NCBI GenBank assembly: GCA_037127585.1 | Contig: JBAXYB010000001.1 | Span: 9,147 to 73,146, forward strand | Origin: Verrucomicrobiota bacterium | GTDB taxonomy: Bacteria > Verrucomicrobiota > Verrucomicrobiia > Palsa-1439 | Length of the DNA: 64,000 nt | Reading direction: 5' to 3' | Part shown: positions 29,202 through 38,899 of the stretch, one piece after another | Layout: the number at the start of each line of letters is the position of its first letter | Position numbering within the stretch: position 1 is the stretch's first letter | Notes under the pieces: generated by a model | The model's database searches: none | Told to the model about the DNA's origin: nothing | The model's input: only the letters and a program-made list of their open reading frames with translations | Program-made: the position numbers and the translations under genes

Positions 29202-30479
29202 GGTTCCTCCGGTAACTCAGGAAAAGTGACAGAGGGATAGCGAAACCGTTGGCCTTGGGAAAAGGCGCTGGGTACAATTCGCATCATGAAGATCTACAAG
29301 CCCTCTCAAACTCCCGGTTTTTTTGATGTGGAACTGCGCGTGCAATTCCTGTTGGCCAAGGGCAACCCGTTGAGTCGTCTGGATGCCGTCATCGACTGGG
29401 AGAGTTTCCGCCCCCTGCTGGAAGCGGCGCTGGACAAACCCGCCCAAGGTCCCGGCGGTCCGCGTCCCAACGATCCGCTCAAGCTGTTCAAGGCACTGCT
29501 GGTGCAACGCTTCTACGGTCTATCCGACGAGCAAACCGAATATCAGATCAATGACCGGTTGAGTTTCCAGCAGTTCATTGGCTGGACGCTGGCCGACAAG
29601 ATCCCGGATGCCAACACGCTGTGGGACTTCCGCGAGGCGTTGATCCAAGCGGGCGCGTTTGAGAAACTCTTCGCGCTGTTTGATGAGCAGTTGCGCACAC
29701 GCGGTTTGCTGGCGCAGCCAGGCAAGTTGGTGGACGCCAGTTTTGTGGACGTGCCGCGCCAGCGCAACACGCGGGAGGAAAACGCGACGATCAAGAGCGG
29801 CGGCACGCCGGTGAAGTGGGCCGAGCAACCGGCCAAGCAACGGCAAAAGGACGTGGATGCGCGCTGGACCAAGAAGAACGACGAGCGGCATTACGGCTAC
29901 AAGAACCACGTGAAAGCCGATGCCCAGTGCAAACTCATCGAGTCGTATGCGGTGACCGACGCCAGTGTACACGACTCGCAGATGCTGGAACCGCTGCTGG
30001 ACGGCACCGAAGGCGCAGTGTATGCCGACAGCGCATATCGGAGTGCGGAAGCGGAAACGATGTTGACGAAGAAAGAAGTGCATAGTCAAATTCACGAGCG
30101 GGCGTATCGGAATCGGCCACTGACCGACGCGCAGAAAGAAACCAATCGGCAGAAGTCGAAGGTGCGGGCGCGCATTGAGCATGTGTTTGGGTACATGAGC
30201 CAGACGATGAAAGGATTCTATCTGCGCTACATTGGAAAGCGGCGCAACGGTGCCGCGATCGGATTCATCAACTTGATCTACAACCTGGCCCGCTATGAAC
30301 AGATTGTGCGGTTGAAGTTGTTACCGTTGCGAGCCGTCTGAAACGAAGAACCCACGAACCGAAACCAGAAACCAACGTCAGAAAATCAACAACGAAAGGA
30401 AAGACCATGACCAGTAAAACACCAAAAACCGTTCCGCAACCCACAACGGGGTTCCGAAAAGCAGTTATCGGAGGTTCCT
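29202..30479 (+). mobile_element. IS5-family insertion sequence
   Basis: Imperfect IRs GGTTCCTCCGGTAACT (29202) and AGTTATCGGAGGTTCC (30463-30478); flanking direct repeat TGAA(G) at 29197 and 30480. Confidence 0.85.
29286..30341 (+). CDS. IS5-family DDE transposase
   Basis: LVDASFV, DVDARWTKK, YGYKNHVKAD, VHDSQ, YADSAY, RARIEHVFG. Confidence 0.95.
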   Translation: MKIYKPSQTPGFFDVELRVQFLLAKGNPLSRLDAVIDWESFRPLLEAALDKPAQGPGGPRPNDPLKLFKALLVQRFYGLSDEQTEYQINDRLSFQQFIGWTLADKIPDANTLWDFREALIQAGAFEKLFALFDEQLRTRGLLAQPGKLVDASFVDVPRQRNTREENATIKSGGTPVKWAEQPAKQRQKDVDARWTKKNDERHYGYKNHVKADAQCKLIESYAVTDASVHDSQMLEPLLDGTEGAVYADSAYRSAEAETMLTKKEVHSQIHERAYRNRPLTDAQKETNRQKSKVRARIEHVFGYMSQTMKGFYLRYIGKRRNGAAIGFINLIYNLARYEQIVRLKLLPLRAV

Positions 30480-33337
30480 TGAAGACGTTCTCCAGGCTCA
30501 CGGTCGGGTTGGTCGCGGGAATTACTTTTGTCAATGGCGCGCTGGCCCTGGAAAAGTGCAAACCAGTCGACGCGGCCAGACTCGCGCAGATTGTCCAGAA
30601 CGCCCCGCCCGTCCCGGTCGACCTGAAACTGGGACTCAAATACCATCTCATTGATTTCATCGACTGCACCGATCCCAACGACCCGCACGATTTTCGCGAC
30701 CAGGGCACCAGCCAGGTGGTGACCGGCCCAGCGGGCAAATACCGCGAGACGGCACCGCACCGCTATGGATTCTTCTCCTATGCCTACCGGACGGCCGGCA
30801 AGGACAAACCCGTGGTCCTGATCATCGAGTATCCCGACGACGCCAAGCGCAACATCCAGTTCCACTCGCATGATGCCACGCGGCCGGGAACCCCGCACCA
30901 TTCATTCGGTTTTGAAAATGGAGTCTATACAGGCGAACCGCTGCCGCTTACGAACAAGATGCAATATTTCACGCCCTTTCTCTGGCCGCAGGACGAGTGG
31001 TCCCCGATCGGCGTCATGAGCTATGGCCGCACCGGCAGCGCCGCCGCGGCCAGCCGGATCTGGGTCTATGCCATCGACGAAATGCCGCCGCTGGAGGTGG
31101 CGGCCCCGGATCCCAACAACCCGCGTGTGCTGGACGCGTTTTTCGCTCTCTTCAACCTGGCATCCCGCGGCGATTATTTTGGCTGGAAGAGCCCCAAGTG
31201 GGCGGATCACATCGTGGATTATTACCGGTATATCGGCGTCAACCGTGTGACCATGGAGGTTTACGCCAACAGTAGCTGGGGGGCCGAATGGGTTGACATT
31301 CCCGCTTGGGATACCAAGGACAAAGGCGAGTTGGATGGCATGTTGAGCGTGTTCGACAAACGGGGCGGACTCGATTTCATCGCCGGCATCGTGGCGCCGT
31401 CGGGCTACGGTCCGATGACCGCCGGCGGCAAAAATGTCATTACGCTGAACGACGAGGAATTCCGCGCGGTGATGATCAAGGGGTTTGACCAATTCATCGA
31501 TCACTATGGCAAGTACAAGTCCCTCAAGGGGGTCGCCTTGGGCAGCTTGGAATTCGTGGGATTTTGTGACCTGCTTCGCGAAAAAAAGGCGCTGGCGGAG
31601 GTCGTGGCGCACATCAAGAAACGGCGGCCGGATTGGACTGTGCTCACTTACGGCGGTGGCCCGTGGTGTCTTCAACGTCCCTATTTCGACGGAAATCCGG
31701 GCAAACCCAACGCGACGGTGGAAGAGTTTGTCACCGGTACGCGGCGAACGCCCACGCCGTCAGCCGGCGATGTGATCCAGCGATGGGAAACCAGCGGTAA
31801 ACCCTGGAGCGATTTCCTGGGTGATGAAGTTTTTGCCATCTGGAAATCGTGGAACCGCGATCCCGCCGGGATGAAAGCCGTCCAGGGCTTGGACGTTTAC
31901 GAATACTACGCCGCGGAAGACAGCCAGAACTATGCTTCCTATTGTAGTGAACCCAGGGAGTTGATCTACTTTGACCTGGACAACTCGCCCGCCCGCAGCC
32001 GCCATGTGGATTCGCCTTACGCTGCCATCTTTGACCAGTTCCAGGAAGGTTGGATCGGACTCTCGCCGGAGCTCAACTTCTGGTATCGCAAGGATTGGAC
32101 CGCGGCAACGACAAGTCCCGGCGGGCCGTTTACCCTAGCCAACTTCGCCCGCGTAATGGGGCATCGCGATCGCCTGGCCATCAGCGAGGGCGCGTGGAGT
32201 CCCAAACACTTCGGGTCTGAGTCCGCCTTCCGCACATTCGCCAAGGCGTTCCGCTCCCTGCCGCCCGTCGTCATGACGGACTGTCCACCGGCGATTGTGA
32301 CGCAGGATCCGACGGGGCATGATACGGATACCGTGAAAGTGTACTCCGCCGAATATCAAGGGCGGCGTTATGTGGCGGCACAGAATCGCCTTCCGTTCGC
32401 GGCCGGCGTGACTATTGATGGCGCGGCGCATGAGTTGAAGCCTTACGAGCTGGCCGCTTGGAGCGAGCTGGAAAAAAAGGGCGCGCCCGCATGCGTTTTC
32501 AAGAATTCACCGGACTATCGGGCCTACCTGAATGACCGGTTGACGGGCTTCACCAAGCTGTACAGAGACCTCCGCGCCGTTCAAGCTGAAGCGGCCCCGG
32601 AGATTTATCTCCAGACTGCACAGAAAGCCAGGGCCAGCCTCGACGCCGGTCGTCCAGTTGCCGCGGATCGGATTCTCGGCCTCGGTCTGTTCAATGAACT
32701 GCGTCTGCGGAAGGATATCCTGCAAAGACCGGAGCTCCACGCCCCGAAAATCGTCGCGCCACCAATGAAGGGGGACATGAATGCGTGGCCAAAGGAAGCC
32801 TCCGACCTGAAGGCCGACACCGGGAATTTTCTCGTCGCTCACGTTCACTTTCCCACCAGTTGGTCCGGTCCGGATGATTTGTCAGCGCGACTGCGCCTTG
32901 GACATGACGGGCAGAAACTCTACGTAGGGCTGGAGGTTCGCGATAATGTTCTGGAAAAAAAGGATGGCGTGAGAATCTATCTCTCCCGGACCGGATACTC
33001 GGACTGGAAAAAGAATAAGGTGCCTTACGATAGCGAGTGGAGTATCGCCGCCCCCTTCGACAAGGAGGAGTTCACGGGCACCGGCGACTTCCGCTACACT
33101 TGCCGGAAAACCAAAACGGGGTACGTGATTGAAGGTGAGACGGATCTCGCCAAACTGGGAGTGCAGTCCGGAGACTCCCTCGGCTTTCTCGTGCAGATTA
33201 CCGACGGCGACAATACCCGTCTCTCTGACTTTTCCTGGGCCATGAAACAGATGCTGTCGATCCCCAACAAACCGAACTTCCCCAACTGGGATGACGCCCG
33301 CAACTGCGGTCGCCTGATTCTGGAAGCCGGCCGTTGA
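30407..33337 (+). CDS. Large secreted putative glycoside hydrolase-like protein with a C-terminal CBM9-like sugar-binding domain; N-terminus derived from the IS end
   Basis: The native signal peptide (M)KTFSRLTVGLVAGITFVNGALA resumes at 30482; C-terminal DDLSARLRLGHDGQKLYVGLEVRDN. Confidence 0.6.
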   Translation: MTSKTPKTVPQPTTGFRKAVIGGSLKTFSRLTVGLVAGITFVNGALALEKCKPVDAARLAQIVQNAPPVPVDLKLGLKYHLIDFIDCTDPNDPHDFRDQGTSQVVTGPAGKYRETAPHRYGFFSYAYRTAGKDKPVVLIIEYPDDAKRNIQFHSHDATRPGTPHHSFGFENGVYTGEPLPLTNKMQYFTPFLWPQDEWSPIGVMSYGRTGSAAAASRIWVYAIDEMPPLEVAAPDPNNPRVLDAFFALFNLASRGDYFGWKSPKWADHIVDYYRYIGVNRVTMEVYANSSWGAEWVDIPAWDTKDKGELDGMLSVFDKRGGLDFIAGIVAPSGYGPMTAGGKNVITLNDEEFRAVMIKGFDQFIDHYGKYKSLKGVALGSLEFVGFCDLLREKKALAEVVAHIKKRRPDWTVLTYGGGPWCLQRPYFDGNPGKPNATVEEFVTGTRRTPTPSAGDVIQRWETSGKPWSDFLGDEVFAIWKSWNRDPAGMKAVQGLDVYEYYAAEDSQNYASYCSEPRELIYFDLDNSPARSRHVDSPYAAIFDQFQEGWIGLSPELNFWYRKDWTAATTSPGGPFTLANFARVMGHRDRLAISEGAWSPKHFGSESAFRTFAKAFRSLPPVVMTDCPPAIVTQDPTGHDTDTVKVYSAEYQGRRYVAAQNRLPFAAGVTIDGAAHELKPYELAAWSELEKKGAPACVFKNSPDYRAYLNDRLTGFTKLYRDLRAVQAEAAPEIYLQTAQKARASLDAGRPVAADRILGLGLFNELRLRKDILQRPELHAPKIVAPPMKGDMNAWPKEASDLKADTGNFLVAHVHFPTSWSGPDDLSARLRLGHDGQKLYVGLEVRDNVLEKKDGVRIYLSRTGYSDWKKNKVPYDSEWSIAAPFDKEEFTGTGDFRYTCRKTKTGYVIEGETDLAKLGVQSGDSLGFLVQITDGDNTRLSDFSWAMKQMLSIPNKPNFPNWDDARNCGRLILEAGR

Positions 33338-33406
33338 TCGTCCGGTTCCAGATTTTGCAGACAGAACAGAAATACGCCCGAGTAGGCATTACTCAAGGAG
33401 CCGGTC

Positions 33407-34678
33407 ATGATTGAAACCATTCCATCGCTTGATGAACGGATGCGCTGGTGGCGCGAGGCCAAGTTCGGCATGATCATTCACTGGGGTCTTTACAGCCTGC
33501 TCGGCCGCCACGAGTGGGTGATGAACCGGGAACGCATCCCCTTGGCAGAATATGAAGCGTTGGCCAACCGGTTCACCGCTGAGAAGTTCGATCCCCGGGC
33601 CTGGGCCCGGTTGGCCCGTGAGGCCGGACAGAAGTACGTCGTCCTGACGACGAAGCACCACGAGGGCTTCTGTCTGTTTGACTCGCAGCTCACAGACTAC
33701 ACCGCGCCGCACTCCCCGGCGCGGCGCGACGTCGTGGCCGAGTTTGTCGAGGCCGTGCGGGCCGAAGGGCTGCGCGTCGGCCTCTACTACAGCCTGATGG
33801 ACTGGCACCATCCCGATGGGGCGCGTTGTTTTCACGACGCGGCGGCGCGCACTCGGTTCATCGCCTACATCCACGGCCAGGTCCGTGAACTGATGACCCG
33901 CTACGGTCGTATCGACATCCTGTGGTACGACGTGCCTTGGCCGCTCAAGCCCAACGGCTGGGACTCGACCGGGCTTAACCACATGGTGCGGTCGCTGCAA
34001 CCGGAGATCCTGATCAACAACCGGTCGGGCATGGATTCGCGTGGTTCCATGATACTCGAGGATTTTGACACGCCGGAGAACTCCGTGCACGCCAGTCCTC
34101 CCTATCGCGATTGGGAAAGCTGCGACACCATCAATCGCTCTTGGGGCTGGAACAAGGCTGACCAAGATTGGAAGAGTGTGCCTAAACTGCTCGGGAATCT
34201 CGTGGCCTGCGCTGGCTGCGGCGGTAATCTGCTGCTCAATATCGGACCGCGCGGTGACGGATCGGTCGAGGAAGAAGCCGTTTCGAGATTGCGTGAGATG
34301 GGGGCTTGGTTGCGGCGCAACAACAACGGTGAGTCAATCTTCGGAGCCGAGCGCGCCGAGTGCGAGTGGATGAACTTCGCCCCCGGCGGCACTGCGGCGA
34401 CTGCCAAAGGCAACACCATGTACTGGCACGTCAGCCAGTGGTATGGCACAGAACTGTGGATCGGCGGTATCCAGACGAAGGTCAAGCAGGCCCGCATCGT
34501 CAGCACCGGTGCTGAGATCAAATTCCAGCAGACATTCGAGCCGACCACGCGCCTGCACTTGTACGACCTACCGGCGACGCCCCCCGATCCCTGGATGACG
34601 GTCATCGCCTTGGAGTGCGACGCCGCACCTCGCCAACGCCTCGGGGCCGGTTGCGTCTGGGTCGACGGCATCCCGTAA
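33407..34678 (+). CDS. Alpha-L-fucosidase family (GH29)
   Basis: WWREAKFGMIIHWG, VLTTKHHEGF, YYSLMDWHHP, LWYD, NLLLNIGPRGDG. Confidence 0.93.
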   Translation: MIETIPSLDERMRWWREAKFGMIIHWGLYSLLGRHEWVMNRERIPLAEYEALANRFTAEKFDPRAWARLAREAGQKYVVLTTKHHEGFCLFDSQLTDYTAPHSPARRDVVAEFVEAVRAEGLRVGLYYSLMDWHHPDGARCFHDAAARTRFIAYIHGQVRELMTRYGRIDILWYDVPWPLKPNGWDSTGLNHMVRSLQPEILINNRSGMDSRGSMILEDFDTPENSVHASPPYRDWESCDTINRSWGWNKADQDWKSVPKLLGNLVACAGCGGNLLLNIGPRGDGSVEEEAVSRLREMGAWLRRNNNGESIFGAERAECEWMNFAPGGTAATAKGNTMYWHVSQWYGTELWIGGIQTKVKQARIVSTGAEIKFQQTFEPTTRLHLYDLPATPPDPWMTVIALECDAAPRQRLGAGCVWVDGIP

Positions 34679-34747
34679 TCGTTCCGACGGGCTCCCGGTC
34701 AGCGGTCTGACGGGAGCAGGGATTCGGAAATGTCGGCCCTTTGCGTC

Positions 34748-35747
34748 ATGGATTATAGAATGATAACGACATCATCGTTTGGAAGATTGTTGAAGCTTCT
34801 TGCAATCATCGAAGTTTCGACCTGCTGCGTTGGGCTTGTTGCGGCTCATGCCGGGGAGGTTGCATCCAAATCAGCGGCCCCGGCTGCAGGGCCGGAGGAA
34901 ATCACCGTTGCTTCTGACGGTTGTGCCATCAAGAAATTCTTCGTCCCATCGAAATCCATGGGCAGAGAGATTCAGACCGTCGTCGTGCTGCCTCCGGAAT
35001 ATGCAGTCAAGACCGGAGCGCGGTATCCGGTTCTGTATGGGCTGCACGGCTCGGGGGGATCGCATGCTGCCTGGTCGAGCATGCCGCCGCTACGCCGGTC
35101 GCTGCGCGAACATCCAATGTTGGTGGTGAGTTTTGATGGCGATGCCGAGGGTTGGTATATCGACGCGACGCAAAAGCCCGAGAGTCAGTTCGCCACGTTT
35201 TTCTTCGACGAATTGGTCCCGTACATCGACACCCACTACCGGACGCGTGCCGATGGAAAGTCACGGGGGGTCACCGGGTTTTCCATGGGGGGGCTATGGG
35301 GCGTTTCAATATATGCTCACGCATCCGGAGCGGTTTGCCTCCGCGAGCTGCTTGAGCGGTGTCTTTAGCTACTTTGGAGAACGTGGTGCGAAACCGGATG
35401 TGTCACTTACGGCGCTCTTGGGACCGATCGAGCGGAACAAAGAGGTGTACCTCAAATACGGCATCTACAATCGCCTGGAAACGCGGGTGGCTGAAGGCGT
35501 CCATTTGCCGCCGATGCTCATGCATTGCGGAACGGAGGACACACTCATCGGCGAAAGCCGCTCACTCCAAGCCTTCCTCGTCGAACAGAATCAAAAGTTG
35601 GCAAAGAGCGGGAAGAGGACATTGGTGTTCCAATACAAGGAATCACCGGGTAAACATGATTGGCCATTTTGGTGTGATGCATCGGTTGGCATCGCCGACT
35701 TCCACTGGCGGTCGTTTGAGCAGGCTGGCAAAGTTGCTGGCCCCTGA
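34748..35747 (+). pseudogene. Alpha/beta-hydrolase esterase (CE1-like), frameshifted in a G7 run
   Basis: YPVLYGLHG, GFSMGG(Y)G, CGTED, PGKHDW; G7 at 35287-35293, where six G would keep the frame. Confidence 0.85.
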
Positions 35748-35900
35748 AATCGTCAGGATGAAGATTTCAGCTGCTTGAGCAGCAGGGACAATTCATGAGC
35801 AAATTTGGGGAGTACGAAGACTCTGAACTTTATAACATTGAGCTTTCGCCGCTACACCCCTGAGCCCTTGGCAGCGCGTTGTGATGCGGCCTATTTTCTT

Positions 35901-36037
35901 GACCTTCCGGCGAAACCCTCGATCCAGGGATGACAATCATCGCCCTGGCGTGCGATGTCGTAACGCGCCAACGCCACGGGGCCGGTTGTGTCTGGGTCGA
36001 TGGCATACCGCGAGCGCCCGCCAACCGTCTCCCGGTC
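35901..36037 (+). repeat. Degenerate direct copy of the GH29 gene 3' end (34565-34700)
   Basis: Encodes MTIIALACD..RQRHGAGCVWVDGIP versus MTVIALECD..RQRLGAGCVWVDGIP; both copies end CTCCCGGTC. Confidence 0.85.
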
Positions 36038-36064
36038 CTCGCCCCGCGATCCCAGGATCCGTCC

Positions 36065-38296
36065 TCAGCCGCAGTCGATTGTCTGGCGGCCGCCATGCAG
36101 CGGCAGGGTTGTGCTTCCGCGGATGAACGTTCCGGTAACACCGCGCGGCAGGCTGACGTGACCGCGGAGCCGATGGTTCTGCTGGCGGAAGTTTACGGCG
36201 ATCACACCGGCGGGATGGACGAGGCGCCCGCGCGCGGCAGTCAGACGGCCGAGTTGCGGTTCAATGCGGACCGTCTTGAATCCCATGCTCGCCGGGCGAA
36301 TCCCGAGAATCGTGCCGTAAAAGTGGAACAACGGGTGCGCGCCCCAACCGTGGCAATCGGAGCGTGCTGGCTCTGGCGATTCGACGGTGGTCTTCAGCCC
36401 CAGTTTCTCCAACTCAAACCACAGTCCCAGGCGGCGGAACAGCGCGTCCGTCGCCCCCAGTCGCTGGTAGGCCTCGAACAGGTAGTGCGTGAAATAGATC
36501 GTGGTGCGCTCCAGATGCCGGTCGCCAAGCAACGCCGGTTGCAGTCGCGACTGGATCGTGGCCGGCAGCCGGCCGCTGAGGATCGCGAGGCATTGCGTGT
36601 GTTCGGAGAACTGTTTCTTCGCGAGATCATCGGCCAGCAAGGACCGTCGCTCACTCCAAAACGTGGCGAGCAATCGCGTTGCCAGATCGGCAGAGAGATG
36701 TTCCGCGCGGGTGGCAAGTTCCGGCTCGTTCATCCATTGCTCCAACTCGGCCACCTGCGTCAATACGAGCGCGAATTGCCAGTTGATCAAGCCACTGACG
36801 CCCGATTCGCCATCGGGCGGGATGCCCAAGTGCCAAGCCGGCACCCAATCCACATTGTTCCACCCCGGCGGCGCCGCGACGAAACCGTCCTGGTTAAGAA
36901 AACTCACGAAGGCTTCCACCACCGCCCGGACGCCAGGCATCAAACGGCGAACCAATGCCCGGTCGCCACGCCAGCGGGCATAATCATGGACCATCGCCAC
37001 CCACCACAGTGAGAAGGGCGGAATAACTTGCGCGAGGCGTGTCGGATAGCGGCACTGCGTCAGGCCGTTCAGTCGGCGGGAGGCATCGAACATCTGCAGC
37101 GCCTTGCGCGGCAAGCGGTCATCCCGCGTGAGGACAAACGTAATCAGCGATTCCAGCCGGGTGTCGGCAACATACATCAGTTGCTCGTAGTACGGACAGT
37201 CCATATAAGTTTCGTGTGCCGACATCTGGAGCGCACGGATGGCCATGGTGGTGATGCGTTGGAGCCGCGGATCGCTCGTGGCGAAGGTGCTCTCGGCTTC
37301 CAGCGGGTAACGCGTCTCGCGCACGACCAATTGCTCGAGGGTCAGCGGTTCAGCACCGGTTTCGACAGCCAACTCGATGAACCGGCCGGCGCACCACCAC
37401 AGCGGTTCAAATCTCCGGTGGGCGCCGCCGTCCGGCAGGAACACGTCACCAACCCCGATGAAATGCTTGCCGGTGATGTCGTTGCGGTTGCCCTTGATGC
37501 GCCCGCCCCGCTCCTCGTACAACGACTCCGCCCACGACCAGCGAATCCGGCTGCCGCGGCCACCGCTCACCACCAGTTCCGGGTAGGCGCAATAGTAATT
37601 CTTCAAATCGATGACGATGCGCCGCGTGGTATTCGCCGGGAAAAGAATTGCCCGGGTCGGTCCGACCCGCCGCGCCGCCTCCAACATCGACGGCAAGGTC
37701 GCCGGTCGCAGCCGACGTGGCGAGAAACATTCACCGGTCGGAGAAAACTCCGCGTGGACCTCTTCGCCCGCCAGCGCGGGAGTCCACCCTTCGCCCGCAC
37801 CGCTCTCGAATCCCCAGTCAAAGTGCGCACCATCAATGATGAACCTTGCGCCGGCGGCATAGTAATGATTGCCGGGTCTCTGGGAGTTGTCGAAGCTGTA
37901 ACCGCCCAGTTTCTTCGCATCCCAAGCCGCCAGGCCGGTGGTGAGCAGTGCCGCGTACCGGCCCCCAGCGGTCAGCAAGAACCCCGGCGCCACGCTCATC
38001 TGGGCCAACGGGGCGGCATCACCGAGCGACCAGACGCGCGCCACCAGCACATGCGCGCCTGGGGTCAGTGCTAGATCGTAGGTCTCGAAGAACCAGTTGG
38101 CCGGATCGCCGCGCTCGCTGCCGCGACCGATGCGCCGTCCATCGAGGAATAACTCATACCGTTCGTCCGCGGTGACCTGCACGCGGATCCGCGCCGCCGC
38201 CGCCAATTGAAAGCAGCGCCGATAAGCGGTGACGAACGGCGGGGCACCGGCCGCGGCGCATCGGATCCATTGACTGGTTGTGTTTGTGCTCATCAC
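36065..38296 (-). CDS. Alpha-L-rhamnosidase family (GH78)
   Basis: VTADERYELFLDG, HETYMDCPYYEQLMYVAD, RSDCHGWGAHP. Confidence 0.92.
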   Translation of the reverse strand: MMSTNTTSQWIRCAAAGAPPFVTAYRRCFQLAAAARIRVQVTADERYELFLDGRRIGRGSERGDPANWFFETYDLALTPGAHVLVARVWSLGDAAPLAQMSVAPGFLLTAGGRYAALLTTGLAAWDAKKLGGYSFDNSQRPGNHYYAAGARFIIDGAHFDWGFESGAGEGWTPALAGEEVHAEFSPTGECFSPRRLRPATLPSMLEAARRVGPTRAILFPANTTRRIVIDLKNYYCAYPELVVSGGRGSRIRWSWAESLYEERGGRIKGNRNDITGKHFIGVGDVFLPDGGAHRRFEPLWWCAGRFIELAVETGAEPLTLEQLVVRETRYPLEAESTFATSDPRLQRITTMAIRALQMSAHETYMDCPYYEQLMYVADTRLESLITFVLTRDDRLPRKALQMFDASRRLNGLTQCRYPTRLAQVIPPFSLWWVAMVHDYARWRGDRALVRRLMPGVRAVVEAFVSFLNQDGFVAAPPGWNNVDWVPAWHLGIPPDGESGVSGLINWQFALVLTQVAELEQWMNEPELATRAEHLSADLATRLLATFWSERRSLLADDLAKKQFSEHTQCLAILSGRLPATIQSRLQPALLGDRHLERTTIYFTHYLFEAYQRLGATDALFRRLGLWFELEKLGLKTTVESPEPARSDCHGWGAHPLFHFYGTILGIRPASMGFKTVRIEPQLGRLTAARGRLVHPAGVIAVNFRQQNHRLRGHVSLPRGVTGTFIRGSTTLPLHGGRQTIDCG

Positions 38297-38899
38297 TTGT
38301 TTGATATCGCTGGCGCACTTGTACCAAAACTTTCCGGCTCGGTCATCTAGAATCCCTGAGTACGCGTCGGCGGGAGCATCTTGAGACAGCCGCCAATAAC
38401 GGCAGTCGGTCTCGCCGCACCCCGCCGGCTGCTCGGACGCGGGCGGTTTCGCCGGTTGGCACCGGGAACGGACGGCGACTCACTGACCCGTTCTGCCCCA
38501 GATCGACGGATAGGCCGGCGGCACTGTCACGCCGCGACCGGGGCAGCAACCGGTTCGGATATTCTGTTGCTTCGGCGGTGAGGATGGTGCTAGGTTAAAC
38601 GAATGATTTCTCGCTTGCAGGGAAGATGGGACGGCGTGCGCGAGTTGATCTTGGGTGAAGTGAACCAGGTCGACCGGTGGGATGCGACGATCGGTGGTGC
38701 CCCACGGCTGTCGCTTTCCCCATGATCGTTCAGAGAAAAAGCATTGGCACGCTGCTCGATCCGGATTTCTGGCCGGCCATCCCCGTGCAGTGGGCCGAGG
38801 TAGCCGCGATGGAGAATTTCGACAAAGCGAGCCCACTCGCGATTTCTCTCAAGCGCCGAGGTGGCCGGGGATCGCGGGAAAACGGGAAGGGACGGACTC

